The notes beneath the pieces were generated by a model. It searched no databases. It saw nothing but the letters and a program-made list of their open reading frames with translations, and had not been told where the DNA came from. 54,252 nt of DNA from a virus. Its lineage: Duplodnaviria > Heunggongvirae > Uroviricota > Caudoviricetes. Shown one piece after another: positions 15,447 to 24,308 of the stretch. Every line of letters begins with the position of its first letter. Position 1 is the first letter of the stretch. The translations under genes were made by a program, and so were the position numbers. The DNA is taken from IMG/VR virus record IMGVR_UViG_3300035547_000249. One strand, given 5' to 3'.

Positions 15447-15980
15447 ATGGAAAACACTATTTTATTGAACAGCGATTATAATTTCATCAGTATTATAAAC
15501 TGGAAAAGAGCAATTCTTTTGGTTATAAAAGAAAAAGTAGAAGTATTAAAAGGTAGTGATACTGTAATAAAAAATAGTGATGGTTCTATTAAAATTCAAG
15601 TACCAAGAATAGTCAGATTGGTTAGAATGGTTAAGACAATTTATAAATCTAGTGTACCATTCAACAAAAAAAGTGTTATATACAGAGATAAAGGTATTTG
15701 TCAATACTGTGGTACTTCAATAGAAAAAGACATAACCATAGACCATGTTCTGCCAAAATCAAAAGGTGGAATATCTAGCTTTACTAATTGTGTAGTATGC
15801 TGTAAACCATGCAACAACAAAAAAGGCGATAAACTATTAAAAGATAGCGGCATGAAATTGTTAAAAGAACCAAGAACTCCAACAGTAATAGAGTTTATGC
15901 TAATTAAACTTAATAAAGCAAAGAGAGATGAGAGTAAATGGTTCGAAGATTTAGAAAAATACTTTAATCAAGAAGGATAA
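15447..15980 (+). CDS. HNH endonuclease (McrA-like)
   Basis: LLNSDY..WKRAI; CQYC..TIDHVLPKSKGG..NCVVCCKPCNNKK. Confidence 0.88.
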   Translation: MENTILLNSDYNFISIINWKRAILLVIKEKVEVLKGSDTVIKNSDGSIKIQVPRIVRLVRMVKTIYKSSVPFNKKSVIYRDKGICQYCGTSIEKDITIDHVLPKSKGGISSFTNCVVCCKPCNNKKGDKLLKDSGMKLLKEPRTPTVIEFMLIKLNKAKRDESKWFEDLEKYFNQEG

Positions 15981-15985
15981 ATATC

Positions 15986-16246
15986 ATGGAAAAAACTGAA
16001 GCTGTATGCGATATACATGATGTTTTGGATACCTATAATAATATAGTAGAAACATGTGACAAACTTCCAGAATGTTTGATAGTAAATAGTAAAGATGAGA
16101 CAGTATTGTCTAGTGTATTAGGTGATCAGTACATCAAAAGCTCTGCTAACGATATGTATTCAAATAATATACTTGGTTACTTTAGAGATATTCAGGTCAA
16201 ATCTGGTATATTGTCTAGTTGTAAAGCCAAGTTTATGTTAAATTAG
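15986..16246 (+). CDS. hypothetical protein
   Basis: 86-aa ORF. Confidence 0.55.
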   Translation: MEKTEAVCDIHDVLDTYNNIVETCDKLPECLIVNSKDETVLSSVLGDQYIKSSANDMYSNNILGYFRDIQVKSGILSSCKAKFMLN

Positions 16247-16407
16247 TATGTTTAAGATTTCTGATAAGATAAAAGATAAGTTTGCAAATACAGTTATAAC
16301 ATCTTTTTCTTTTACGGCAGCAGCCACTTTATTGGTAAAAATAGGATGTAATCCAAATCTATTATCTGCTGTTTGTATATCAGGATTAACTTTAATAATT
16401 ATTATAT

Positions 16408-16482
16408 GGTGGCGGTAACTCAGTGGTAGAGAGCTGGATTGTGGCTCCAGCAGCACGGGTTCGAATCCCGTCCGCCACCCCA
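16408..16482 (+). tRNA. tRNA-His(GUG)
   Basis: G-1, C73, loop TTGTGGC, encoded CCA. Confidence 0.95.
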
Positions 16483-16691
16483 AGGATCTATCATGAACTC
16501 TGGCCATTTAATTAAATTAAGACCATGTGTATGAGTAGGGATAGCCAAACCAGATTTCATGATGATGTAGATAGTAGTGTATTCATTGGTTCGGAGGACC
16601 GAAATCATTAGATATTCCTCCGTGTGAGGCTGTTAAACACAGAATAAAACGATCAAAAAAATTTCATTATATGGGTATACTACTATCTCAT

Positions 16692-16762
16692 AGGGATGTT
16701 AGCTAACGGAAAGCTCCCAGCCTTTGACGCTGGTCATCCAGGTTCGAGTCCTGGCATCCCTG
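16692..16762 (+). tRNA. tRNA-Gln(UUG)
   Basis: ccagc-CTTTGAC-gctgg, G73. Confidence 0.92.
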
Positions 16763-16786
16763 CAAGAAAAATATAAGGAGGTGAAT

Positions 16787-17257
16787 ATGTCAAACAGTAT
16801 GAGATTGCTGGAAAAGGCGATAGTAATAGCAACTAATGCTCATATGGGCCAGTTTGATAGGGCTGGCGCACCATATATTCTTCACCCTCTCAGAGTTATG
16901 ATGAGGATGTCTACTATAGAAAGTAAGATAGTAGCAGTATGTCATGACCTAATTGAAGATACATATATAACACTAAAAGACCTCATGAATGAAGAATTTA
17001 CAGATGACATAATATTCTCTATTGATTGTATGACTAAGTGCAAAGGTGAGGAATACAACTCCTACCTTGATCGTGTTATAAGTGACAAGATGGCATCGGA
17101 ATGTAAGCTTGAAGATATGAGAGACAACTCAAATATATACAGGCTTAATAAAATAAAAGATAAGCACCTAAAAATGATAGAAAAATATCATAAAGGAGCA
17201 TTAAGAATACTTGAAGCTTGGCCTGAGTTTAATATTAGGTTTAGGCTTATAGACTGA
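16787..17257 (+). CDS. HD-domain hydrolase, RelA/SpoT (small alarmone hydrolase) type
   Basis: AI..A..AH.GQ.DRAGAPYILHPLRV, HDLIED, KLEDM.DN. Confidence 0.8.
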   Translation: MSNSMRLLEKAIVIATNAHMGQFDRAGAPYILHPLRVMMRMSTIESKIVAVCHDLIEDTYITLKDLMNEEFTDDIIFSIDCMTKCKGEEYNSYLDRVISDKMASECKLEDMRDNSNIYRLNKIKDKHLKMIEKYHKGALRILEAWPEFNIRFRLID

Positions 17258-17265
17258 GAGGTCAT

Positions 17266-17540
17266 ATGAAAAAAAAACTATATTGTTTTTGGTTTTGATT
17301 TTAACAGCATCTTTGTTGTACTCTTGTGGCAACTCGTATCCACCCGATTTCTCTAAAAAGGGAAAAATAATAGGAAAAATGACTAATTCAGAAGACATTT
17401 CCATGTACGCATTAAGCTATAAAATAGGTAGCCACACATTCAGAAGAGAGTTTAAAGCCCCATATGCATTCGCCAATATGGGTGATATTGTTTCTTATCA
17501 TCAAGGTGTAATAAAGGTAGTCGAGGAGGCAGGACAATGA
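17266..17540 (+). CDS. putative lipoprotein with a frameshift in an A9 tract
   Basis: ATG17266 + A9 is out of frame with the LLYSC-containing ORF at 17283; one extra A restores MKKKTILFLVL..LLYSC. Confidence 0.5.
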
Positions 17541-17746
17541 CATGGGATGACAGAATAAATAGAACTAGGTGTGACACATGTGGCAAATTTATGGTTCAAA
17601 GCCCAGGATGTTCATTTGTATTTGTGCCAGATTCAGATTTAACTTATGAAGAAAATCTTATACAGTGTAATAATTGCACTTTCAAACACGGGCTTATACT
17701 CCCTTCCCAATCAGTCAACCCTAAATATTGTTGTGGTATATTATGA
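17537..17746 (+). CDS. Cys-rich hypothetical protein
   Basis: CxxC pairs; ATGA overlap. Confidence 0.55.
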   Translation: MTWDDRINRTRCDTCGKFMVQSPGCSFVFVPDSDLTYEENLIQCNNCTFKHGLILPSQSVNPKYCCGIL

Positions 17747-18120
17747 ATAACGTAATTTGTCCATACTGTAATTTGAAAGCAAGAAAAGTAAGCGGTGATG
17801 TTATATACCCTAATAGAGCTGATTTACATTCAAGAGAATACTACTTATGTAAGAAATGCGGTGCTAGGGTGGGTGTAAATAAGGTAACAGGGGAACCTTT
17901 AGGCACATTGGCTGGAGTTGCTCTACGTATGCATAGAATGGAGGCACATAAAGTATTTGATCGCTTGTGGAGATCCAAGAAGTATACCAGATCCGAAGCA
18001 TACAATTTACTTGCTGATGCTATGGGTATAGATTCAGATGAGTGCCATATAGGTATGTTTGATCATCCACAGTGTGATAAAGTAATAGAAATGACTAAAT
18101 TAATACAACAAAAGAAATAA
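17743..18120 (+). CDS. DUF3268-like zinc-finger protein
   Basis: CPYC..VIYP..YLC..C.ARVG..PLGTLA..R.EAH..FD.LW. Confidence 0.75.
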   Translation: MNNVICPYCNLKARKVSGDVIYPNRADLHSREYYLCKKCGARVGVNKVTGEPLGTLAGVALRMHRMEAHKVFDRLWRSKKYTRSEAYNLLADAMGIDSDECHIGMFDHPQCDKVIEMTKLIQQKK

Positions 18121-18313
18121 TGTAAGGAAATAGCATGTCAAAAGAAATAATTGATTATATAAATAAACTTGAGAGAGGTTCTTTTGAAGGGTGGAGTAAA
18201 GAAGAAGAGGCTGGTTATATGACATGCTTGATATCTATTAAAGAGTTCATATCTAAAACAAGAGATGAAGAGAGCGGTTAAATAAACCAGGTTCAGATGG
18301 AGGTGGTCGATTT

Positions 18314-18607
18314 ATGGACAAAGAAGATATATTAAACTTAAAAATAGAACACCATCTATTTGACCCCAATTATACAATTAGAGACTACCTGTGTGAGTTA
18401 TTAATGAACTTGTGGGAAGAAAGAGAAGAGTTTAATGGAAAAAGACCATTTGGAAATTCAGATTGGGAATATGACCTATATAAACCTCTTGTCAAAAACA
18501 GAATGGTGAATGGGAGTATGGGTGGAGATTATATTGAGGATGTTAATGAGGAACAGGCCAATAACTTGATTAGAGGTTTAATAGTATACTGTTTTTATGA
18601 GAAATAG
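18314..18607 (+). CDS. conserved phage hypothetical protein
   Basis: GKRPFGNSDWEYDLY pattern. Confidence 0.7.
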   Translation: MDKEDILNLKIEHHLFDPNYTIRDYLCELLMNLWEEREEFNGKRPFGNSDWEYDLYKPLVKNRMVNGSMGGDYIEDVNEEQANNLIRGLIVYCFYEK

Positions 18608-18619
18608 AGGAGGTTTGAT

Positions 18620-18805
18620 ATGATGTATGTGTTGTATGATGATAAAATTGAGTTTACTTCCGATAATGAGTCTGGAGTAATAGAATATGTAGAGGATAAA
18701 TTGAACGATGGTGCTGATTCTTCTAAAGTGGTTATCCTATCAGGAGAAGAGATCATGTTCAAAACAAAAATTAAATTGTTGCATAACACTATCGCAAAAG
18801 TATAA
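18620..18805 (+). CDS. hypothetical protein
   Basis: GAGGAGG RBS. Confidence 0.55.
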   Translation: MMYVLYDDKIEFTSDNESGVIEYVEDKLNDGADSSKVVILSGEEIMFKTKIKLLHNTIAKV

Positions 18806-18807
18806 TT

Positions 18808-19032
18808 ATGTGTAAAGTAGAACTAAATATAAAAGAAATAAATAACAATCCAGATACCAATACCTTCTATTATTATCAAAAGTCAGATGATCATTACAAA
18901 GTGTATTATTATGTAGGAGATACTCCAGAAACTCATAATGAATATAGAGGTAATGGTAAAACACTACAAGAAGCATTTATGGATTGCATAGAAGAGATGA
19001 CAGATGATTGCATTTTTCTGAGGGGAGAATAA
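18808..19032 (+). CDS. hypothetical protein
   Basis: 74-aa ORF. Confidence 0.55.
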   Translation: MCKVELNIKEINNNPDTNTFYYYQKSDDHYKVYYYVGDTPETHNEYRGNGKTLQEAFMDCIEEMTDDCIFLRGE

Positions 19033-19730
19033 TTTTGAAAGTAGTTGTTGTAGGAGATTTACATGGCGATTGGTCAGCTTTAAATACTTTAATCTCTAGG
19101 AAAAATCCTGATATAATTTTACAGTGCGGTGATTTCGGTTGGTGGCCTGCTATGGAAAGAGGCAAATGGAAGTTAAAAGGAATTAAAACTAAAAAAACTA
19201 AAGTATATTTCTGTGATGGCAACCATGAAGATCATCCTAATTTGATGAGCTTTGTTAAAGATTACAACACTCCATGTGAAATGTATGAGAATGTATTCTA
19301 TTGCCCAAGAGGTATGACAATGCAAATAGATGGTTTAGGAACTGTTCTTTTTGCCGGCGGGGCTGACTCAATTGATAAAATATATAGAACCGTGGGATTC
19401 GATTGGTTTCCAGAAGAGTTATTATCTTTAAAAGATGAATATAGACTACTGGATGCTTGTAAAAGCGACATTGTAATATCACATACTTGTCCAAACGAAG
19501 TTGATATAATCAGACCAGAAATGTCTTATAATAATGGAGATCCTACCAGAAAAGTTCTTAGTGAAGTATTGTTTAAACATAAACCAAATAAATGGTTCTT
19601 TGGACATTGGCATAGGCAATACTATGCTGAAAAAGAGTTTTTTTGTGATGATGGTTCGCGTTTTTGTACTGAATTTGTTGGCTTGGATTACCCTGGTAAC
19701 CTTAGAAAATGGTGGATTGAATTGAAATGA
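19008..19730 (+). CDS. metallophosphoesterase
   Basis: GDLHG, QCGDFG, DGNHED, ISHTCP, FGHWH; exact start uncertain. Confidence 0.85.
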   Translation: MHFSEGRIILKVVVVGDLHGDWSALNTLISRKNPDIILQCGDFGWWPAMERGKWKLKGIKTKKTKVYFCDGNHEDHPNLMSFVKDYNTPCEMYENVFYCPRGMTMQIDGLGTVLFAGGADSIDKIYRTVGFDWFPEELLSLKDEYRLLDACKSDIVISHTCPNEVDIIRPEMSYNNGDPTRKVLSEVLFKHKPNKWFFGHWHRQYYAEKEFFCDDGSRFCTEFVGLDYPGNLRKWWIELK

Positions 19731-20343
19731 TGATGTGGATGATAGACCCTGTGTTATTGTGTAGAAAGCATTTACTTGGTGAACATGGGGAAATACATAA
19801 GTTTAGACGTGACGCTCCTTGGGGCAAGCCCCAAGGCTTCTGCTTAGTTTTCTAAGCATTCTTTTTCTTGCTTCAACGACGGTTCTAACAAACCATCTCC
19901 ACAAGCGTTAATTTCGCTGCGCCCCAGCGTATTTATTCCCAACACTATCATATTTAAAATTTGTCAAGTATTTTTTACATTATTTTGCCAATTCATCCCC
20001 GATACAAGCACGCGGGGTTTTCTTGGCAACTCATTATAACTTCGTTAAGCAACACTCTGTAGCTGGAAGAATGTCACCAATTGTTCAGATAGAACCATTA
20101 AATATGAAGATAAGGCATGATGAATTAGCAGAAGAGATGATAAGGAGAGGTTATAACCATAACTCACCTTATGAGTTGCCCGATCTTTCCTACCTTCCAG
20201 AGCATTTATTAAATGCCTCTGTCGATATTGATAATAACATAATAGACCTATGTAATAGATGCAAAGAATGCTATTACCGTATCAGGAGTAAACAATATGA
20301 CACAAAGAAGTCACTGGAGAGGGTATCCAATAGTATGGGATAA
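19727..20343 (+). pseudogene. pyrimidine-dimer DNA glycosylase-like gene interrupted by a mini-IS
   Basis: MWMIDPVLLCRKHLLGEHGEIHKFR|HNFVKQHS restored in frame by deleting 19809-20035. Confidence 0.75.
19809..20035 (-). mobile_element. 227-bp non-autonomous IS200/IS605 element (left end + omegaRNA-like segment + right end)
   Basis: hairpin ends AAAACCCCGCGTGCTTGTATCGGGGATG and GCCTTGGGGCTTGCCCCAAGGAGCGTCAC; TTAT just upstream; no target duplication; no ORF. Confidence 0.8.
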
Positions 20344-20575
20344 TAAGCAATGGGTATTTACTGACAGTAATAAACCAATACCTGGTTATGGAGGAGAGGT
20401 AAGACCCTGCAAAGAGTGTGGTAAAGTGTTTACAGAAGATTTAGTAGCAGACCCATGTATAGGCGTATTGCCTGGTGTAGATAATGCTTGCTGCGGTCAT
20501 GGTATTAGAGACAAGTCATACATAAGATTTACAAACGGTGTGACTGTAAGGGGTTTTTATATAGATAAAATTTAA
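20297..20575 (+). CDS. conserved phage hypothetical protein
   Basis: CKEC..DPCIG.LPGV.NACCGHG. Confidence 0.7.
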   Translation: MTQRSHWRGYPIVWDNKQWVFTDSNKPIPGYGGEVRPCKECGKVFTEDLVADPCIGVLPGVDNACCGHGIRDKSYIRFTNGVTVRGFYIDKI

Positions 20576-20604
20576 ACTATACATAGTAAGGAATTACGGT
20601 TCTA

Positions 20605-20880
20605 ATGATTGATCCAAATGAAATGACATTGGAAGAAATAATTGAGGTAGAGTGTATAAAACAAGATTGGAAACTTGGTTTATTGTCAGACAAAAAAATT
20701 GAAGAACTCGGATTATTAGAAAATTTTCATAAGGAAAACTTAGCAAACAAATTAAGTAGGTATAGTGGAAGCGGCCCGTGCCCATCTTGTGGCAGTAAAA
20801 CAGTATTAAAAAGAGGTAGGTATGGCAGATTTTATGGATGTATTAATTTTCCAAAATGTAGAGGAAATAGAAATGTGTAA
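20605..20880 (+). CDS. protein with a topoisomerase-type C4 zinc ribbon
   Basis: CPSCGS.TVLKRGRYGRFYGCINFPKC. Confidence 0.75.
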   Translation: MIDPNEMTLEEIIEVECIKQDWKLGLLSDKKIEELGLLENFHKENLANKLSRYSGSGPCPSCGSKTVLKRGRYGRFYGCINFPKCRGNRNV

Positions 20881-21014
20881 CACTGAATACTTAAGTATGG
20901 CGCCATGGTTCTTTAGTATATGTGTACTAATGATTATGATACTGATGTATGTATACTATATTTAAATATCTCTTTATTGATGTAAAAATTTTTTTTATTT
21001 CGCGATCGCTAATG

Positions 21015-21095
21015 GGGAACCGGGCCTCCATTTATACCCACAACTTTTTTTATTTTGTTTTGTTTGTTTGGGAACCGGGCCTCAATTTATACCCA
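21015..21095. repeat. two 26-bp direct repeats, 55-bp period
   Basis: GGGAACCGGGCCTC(C/A)ATTTATACCCA at 21015-21040 and 21070-21095. Confidence 0.85.
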
Positions 21096-21195
21096 GGATT
21101 TTTTAGAATTATTGTTTTAAAAAAAATTAGCCCCTAAAAGATTATAAATAAACCAGATAGGGGCTAGTCGAAGTTAAAATAAAATTATTTAAATG

Positions 21196-21699
21196 TTATG
21201 TTATTTCTATACCCTCCCCCATTCTAAAAACAGAAAACCTAACTTTTTTATCTTCAACTAATTTTTTATATCTTAGCTGTTTATTACTTAGTCTTGATTT
21301 TCCAGTTTTTATTTCAACAAATATTATTTCATCATCAGTAAATTGAATACCGTCTATAGGACTTCCTAAAAATCTAAAACTATTGGAATCCCAAGGCCAA
21401 CTGTCTGTGAAAGGTGCTAGATTCTCGCCTATCTTTCCTAATCTCACTTCAGAACTTTTCTTTTGATTGATAACATTATCTAATTTAGTTTTAGTACTTA
21501 TTAAGTCTTCTTTTAGATATTTATTCTCTTCACCTAATTCATCTAATGACATAACTAAATTACTTATTCTGTTCTCATGTGCTTTATTTGTTTCTATAAT
21601 CTCAATAACTTTATTCTTTGGAACAATGGTTATTTTAGAAACTAAATATATACCTATTACCATGATAACTACTAAACATGTTAATACAAAAATTTCCAT
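21196..21699 (-). CDS. Holliday junction resolvase-like endonuclease with N-terminal TM helix
   Basis: RLGKIGE.LAPF..FRFLGSPIDGI..FVEIKTG. Confidence 0.8.
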   Translation of the reverse strand: MEIFVLTCLVVIMVIGIYLVSKITIVPKNKVIEIIETNKAHENRISNLVMSLDELGEENKYLKEDLISTKTKLDNVINQKKSSEVRLGKIGENLAPFTDSWPWDSNSFRFLGSPIDGIQFTDDEIIFVEIKTGKSRLSNKQLRYKKLVEDKKVRFSVFRMGEGIEIT

Positions 21700-21743
21700 A
21701 ATAAATCCTAACTATGTATTATAATAAATAACATAACTAAAAA

Positions 21744-21914
21744 TCAATAGTACTCATACATTACTTTTCCGCATTCACAAATAACTGCCTCTCCAAACTC
21801 AGCATTCTTTATCTTTCTTTTCTTGTCACAAGAAGGACAAACAAAAAGTTTAGAATCTGTATTAGCTTTAATTTTTTTATCTGGTTTATAAAGTCTTCCG
21901 TTTTCTTTAAACAT
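21744..21914 (-). CDS. small zinc-ribbon protein (56 aa)
   Basis: CPSC..CEC; translated by hand. Confidence 0.55.
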   Translation of the reverse strand: MFKENGRLYKPDKKIKANTDSKLFVCPSCDKKRKIKNAEFGEAVICECGKVMYEYY

Positions 21915-22413
21915 TCTTTACCTCCACTCTTGGCATATAATCGAAAAATCCAGGGTCAATACTTAGTAATCTGTTAAGATTTGCTGTCCTTGCTTCAACA
22001 TTTTCCCTTATTAAATATTTATATTTAGGCAAGTTGTTCCACCTCTTTAACCTTTCATCTATTATAAGGTTAGATAAACCACCTTCTTTTAGTATATTAG
22101 GGTATATAGTAGTATAATTTAATCTTAACCATCTCATATAACCTGATTCCATTAAAGCCCATATAATATCATACCTCTTACTTCCTACATCATCTCTATC
22201 AGTTATAAATACTTTTCTATAGCCCTTCAATACGTTATCCAACCTATCGTCTATAATCTCAAAATCATTGAAATTAATTACACTAACTACTACTCCAAAA
22301 TCATCTATTAAGTATTGAGTTGTTATACTTTTTATTACATTCATTATTATGAAGGGTACTCTTAGAGCACCCAGCATAATTCCAACATCATATGTTTTTT
22401 CTCTTATAGACAT
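21907..22413 (-). CDS. hypothetical protein
   Basis: 168-aa ORF. Confidence 0.7.
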   Translation of the reverse strand: MSIREKTYDVGIMLGALRVPFIIMNVIKSITTQYLIDDFGVVVSVINFNDFEIIDDRLDNVLKGYRKVFITDRDDVGSKRYDIIWALMESGYMRWLRLNYTTIYPNILKEGGLSNLIIDERLKRWNNLPKYKYLIRENVEARTANLNRLLSIDPGFFDYMPRVEVKNV

Positions 22414-22415
22414 TA

Positions 22416-24293
22416 TTAGTTCCCATGTAAAAACATTTCTTTATCTTCTATGTATTTTGTTTCTGCTACTACTTTATTTCTTTTTATTGTTACCTTTACT
22501 TTTAAGTCTTCTACATCTTCACACTCTAACAATACACTAGCTATTTCATTAGCGATGTCTTTTTGAATAACTCTTTTTATCGGGCGGGCTCCAAAATCTT
22601 TATCCACACCGTTTTCAAATATATACTTCTTAATTTTCTTATCAAACTCAAGTTCTACATCTTTATAATCAGTGTTACTTAATTTTAAATTGTTTGTTAT
22701 TTTATCAAGCTCTATATCTATGATCTTTTTATAATCATCATCAGATAAATCTTTAAAATAAACTATAGAGTCTATTCTATTAAGAAACTCTGGTTTAAAC
22801 TTAGACTGTAAAGCATCTTTAATGGCTTTATTCTTTTTCTTTTCAGTTATCTCAGAAACATCACCAAAACCAATTGTTTTAGATATGTCTTTTATATTTT
22901 GAACACCTATATTAGATGTCATTATAATTATAGTATCTTTAAAAGACACAGGCTGTCCCTTACCATCAGTCAATCTACCCTCATCAAATATCTGAAGCAT
23001 CAAATCATAAACCTTTGAACTAGCTTTCTCAACCTCGTCAAAAACAATCACCGAAAAAGGATTAGATGCTACAGCGTTAGTCAAATATCCTCCCTGGTCA
23101 TGTCCTATATACCCTTGAGGGCTTCCTATTAGCTTAGCATACTCGTGATCAGATGAGTACTCAGAGCAGTCAATAATTACTCTGTTATTCTTACTTTCTA
23201 TTAACTCGTCAGCCAGAACTTTACTAGTTAGAGTTTTACCTGTTCCAGTTTTTCCTGCCAACAAGAAAGTACCTATAGGTCTAAAGGGGTCTTTTAAACC
23301 AACGCTTGCTCTCTTAATAGCCTCTGTTATTTGGTCAACAGCGTCGTCTTGTCCTATTAGTTGATTTTTAATATTAGAAGAAAGCTCTAAAAGTTTTTTC
23401 TTAGGAACTTTCTTGAATGATAGATTGCTCTTCTTAGTGTTCTTTGTAGAAGATTTTCTGTTGCTAAATGCTTTAGGTCTTTTATTCTCTTCTTCATCAT
23501 CTTCACCTTCTGGTTGTAAATCTTTAGCCCTTTTATAACTAATAGTGTCATTTATACTGACACATAATTGAAATAATTCCCTAATTATCTTATTAGGATC
23601 TACATTCACACCCATTCCCTCAACTCTTTCATATATTTCTTCTACATCCACTACAAAGTTTTGAACTATATAAGTATTAAAGCTTGTAGTACTATGGAAA
23701 CATCTTAAAGAAAGAATATAGTCGATATCGTCTTCATTATATCTCTTTATATTTATATACTCACTAAGCCTATCCCAAAAAACCGGTACAGCATCATAAG
23801 ACATTTGATTTATGTCCCTATTTTTTATCTCTGGTCTATTATGCTTTTCTTTATTTTTATTTGGAATATAGTTTCCTTCTTCATCATAGTACGATTTATT
23901 CCAATAAGAATTCTTTGTTAGTTCTATATCACCATCAGAAAGTTTATCTTTTCTTATTTTAAGTACTTTATTGCTGTTTATAATTATATTTTCAGGGTCC
24001 AGTAGTTTGTTGTATTTAATTATTAATGAAACCACTTCTTTTCTTAAAGCATTTATATTAATATCCTCTAAGGAAGTTGTTATCTCTTTTATGTGCCCCA
24101 TTAGTTGATTAATGTTGGCAATAAAATCAGATATTAAGAAGTCATCATAATAACTTTTAGAAATCTTACCACTTTCAGAACTGAATTTAGTTAATAAATC
24201 TTCAACGTCCTCTTCTGGAATAGAGATAACAAGAATTTTGTAATCAATACTTTTCAGAAGTTCTGCATTAACATTGTATTTATTTTTAGACAT
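22416..24293 (-). CDS. ClpA/ClpB-family AAA+ ATPase with a single (D2-type) module
   Basis: IGQD.AV..I..AI.R, GKTGTGKT, DCSEY, KLIGSP.GYIGHD.GG, FDEVEKA, FKPEFLNRID, FGARP. Confidence 0.88.
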   Translation of the reverse strand: MSKNKYNVNAELLKSIDYKILVISIPEEDVEDLLTKFSSESGKISKSYYDDFLISDFIANINQLMGHIKEITTSLEDININALRKEVVSLIIKYNKLLDPENIIINSNKVLKIRKDKLSDGDIELTKNSYWNKSYYDEEGNYIPNKNKEKHNRPEIKNRDINQMSYDAVPVFWDRLSEYINIKRYNEDDIDYILSLRCFHSTTSFNTYIVQNFVVDVEEIYERVEGMGVNVDPNKIIRELFQLCVSINDTISYKRAKDLQPEGEDDEEENKRPKAFSNRKSSTKNTKKSNLSFKKVPKKKLLELSSNIKNQLIGQDDAVDQITEAIKRASVGLKDPFRPIGTFLLAGKTGTGKTLTSKVLADELIESKNNRVIIDCSEYSSDHEYAKLIGSPQGYIGHDQGGYLTNAVASNPFSVIVFDEVEKASSKVYDLMLQIFDEGRLTDGKGQPVSFKDTIIIMTSNIGVQNIKDISKTIGFGDVSEITEKKKNKAIKDALQSKFKPEFLNRIDSIVYFKDLSDDDYKKIIDIELDKITNNLKLSNTDYKDVELEFDKKIKKYIFENGVDKDFGARPIKRVIQKDIANEIASVLLECEDVEDLKVKVTIKRNKVVAETKYIEDKEMFLHGN

Positions 24294-24308
24294 ATAATCT
24301 CCTATAAA

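Noticed and set aside
16595-16620. GACCGAA as another copy of the motif
   Set aside because: It lacks the partner AUAACUA-G strand and GUUHAUC, and folds differently.
115-20785. Many short - strand ORFs overlapping tRNAs or + genes (for example 2194, 3258, 7009, 8591, 15169, 16238)
   Set aside because: Shadow ORFs antisense to tRNAs or coding genes, with no RBS or motifs.
21015-21095. Mini CRISPR array
   Set aside because: Only two repeats, a low-complexity T-rich spacer, and no cas genes or leader.
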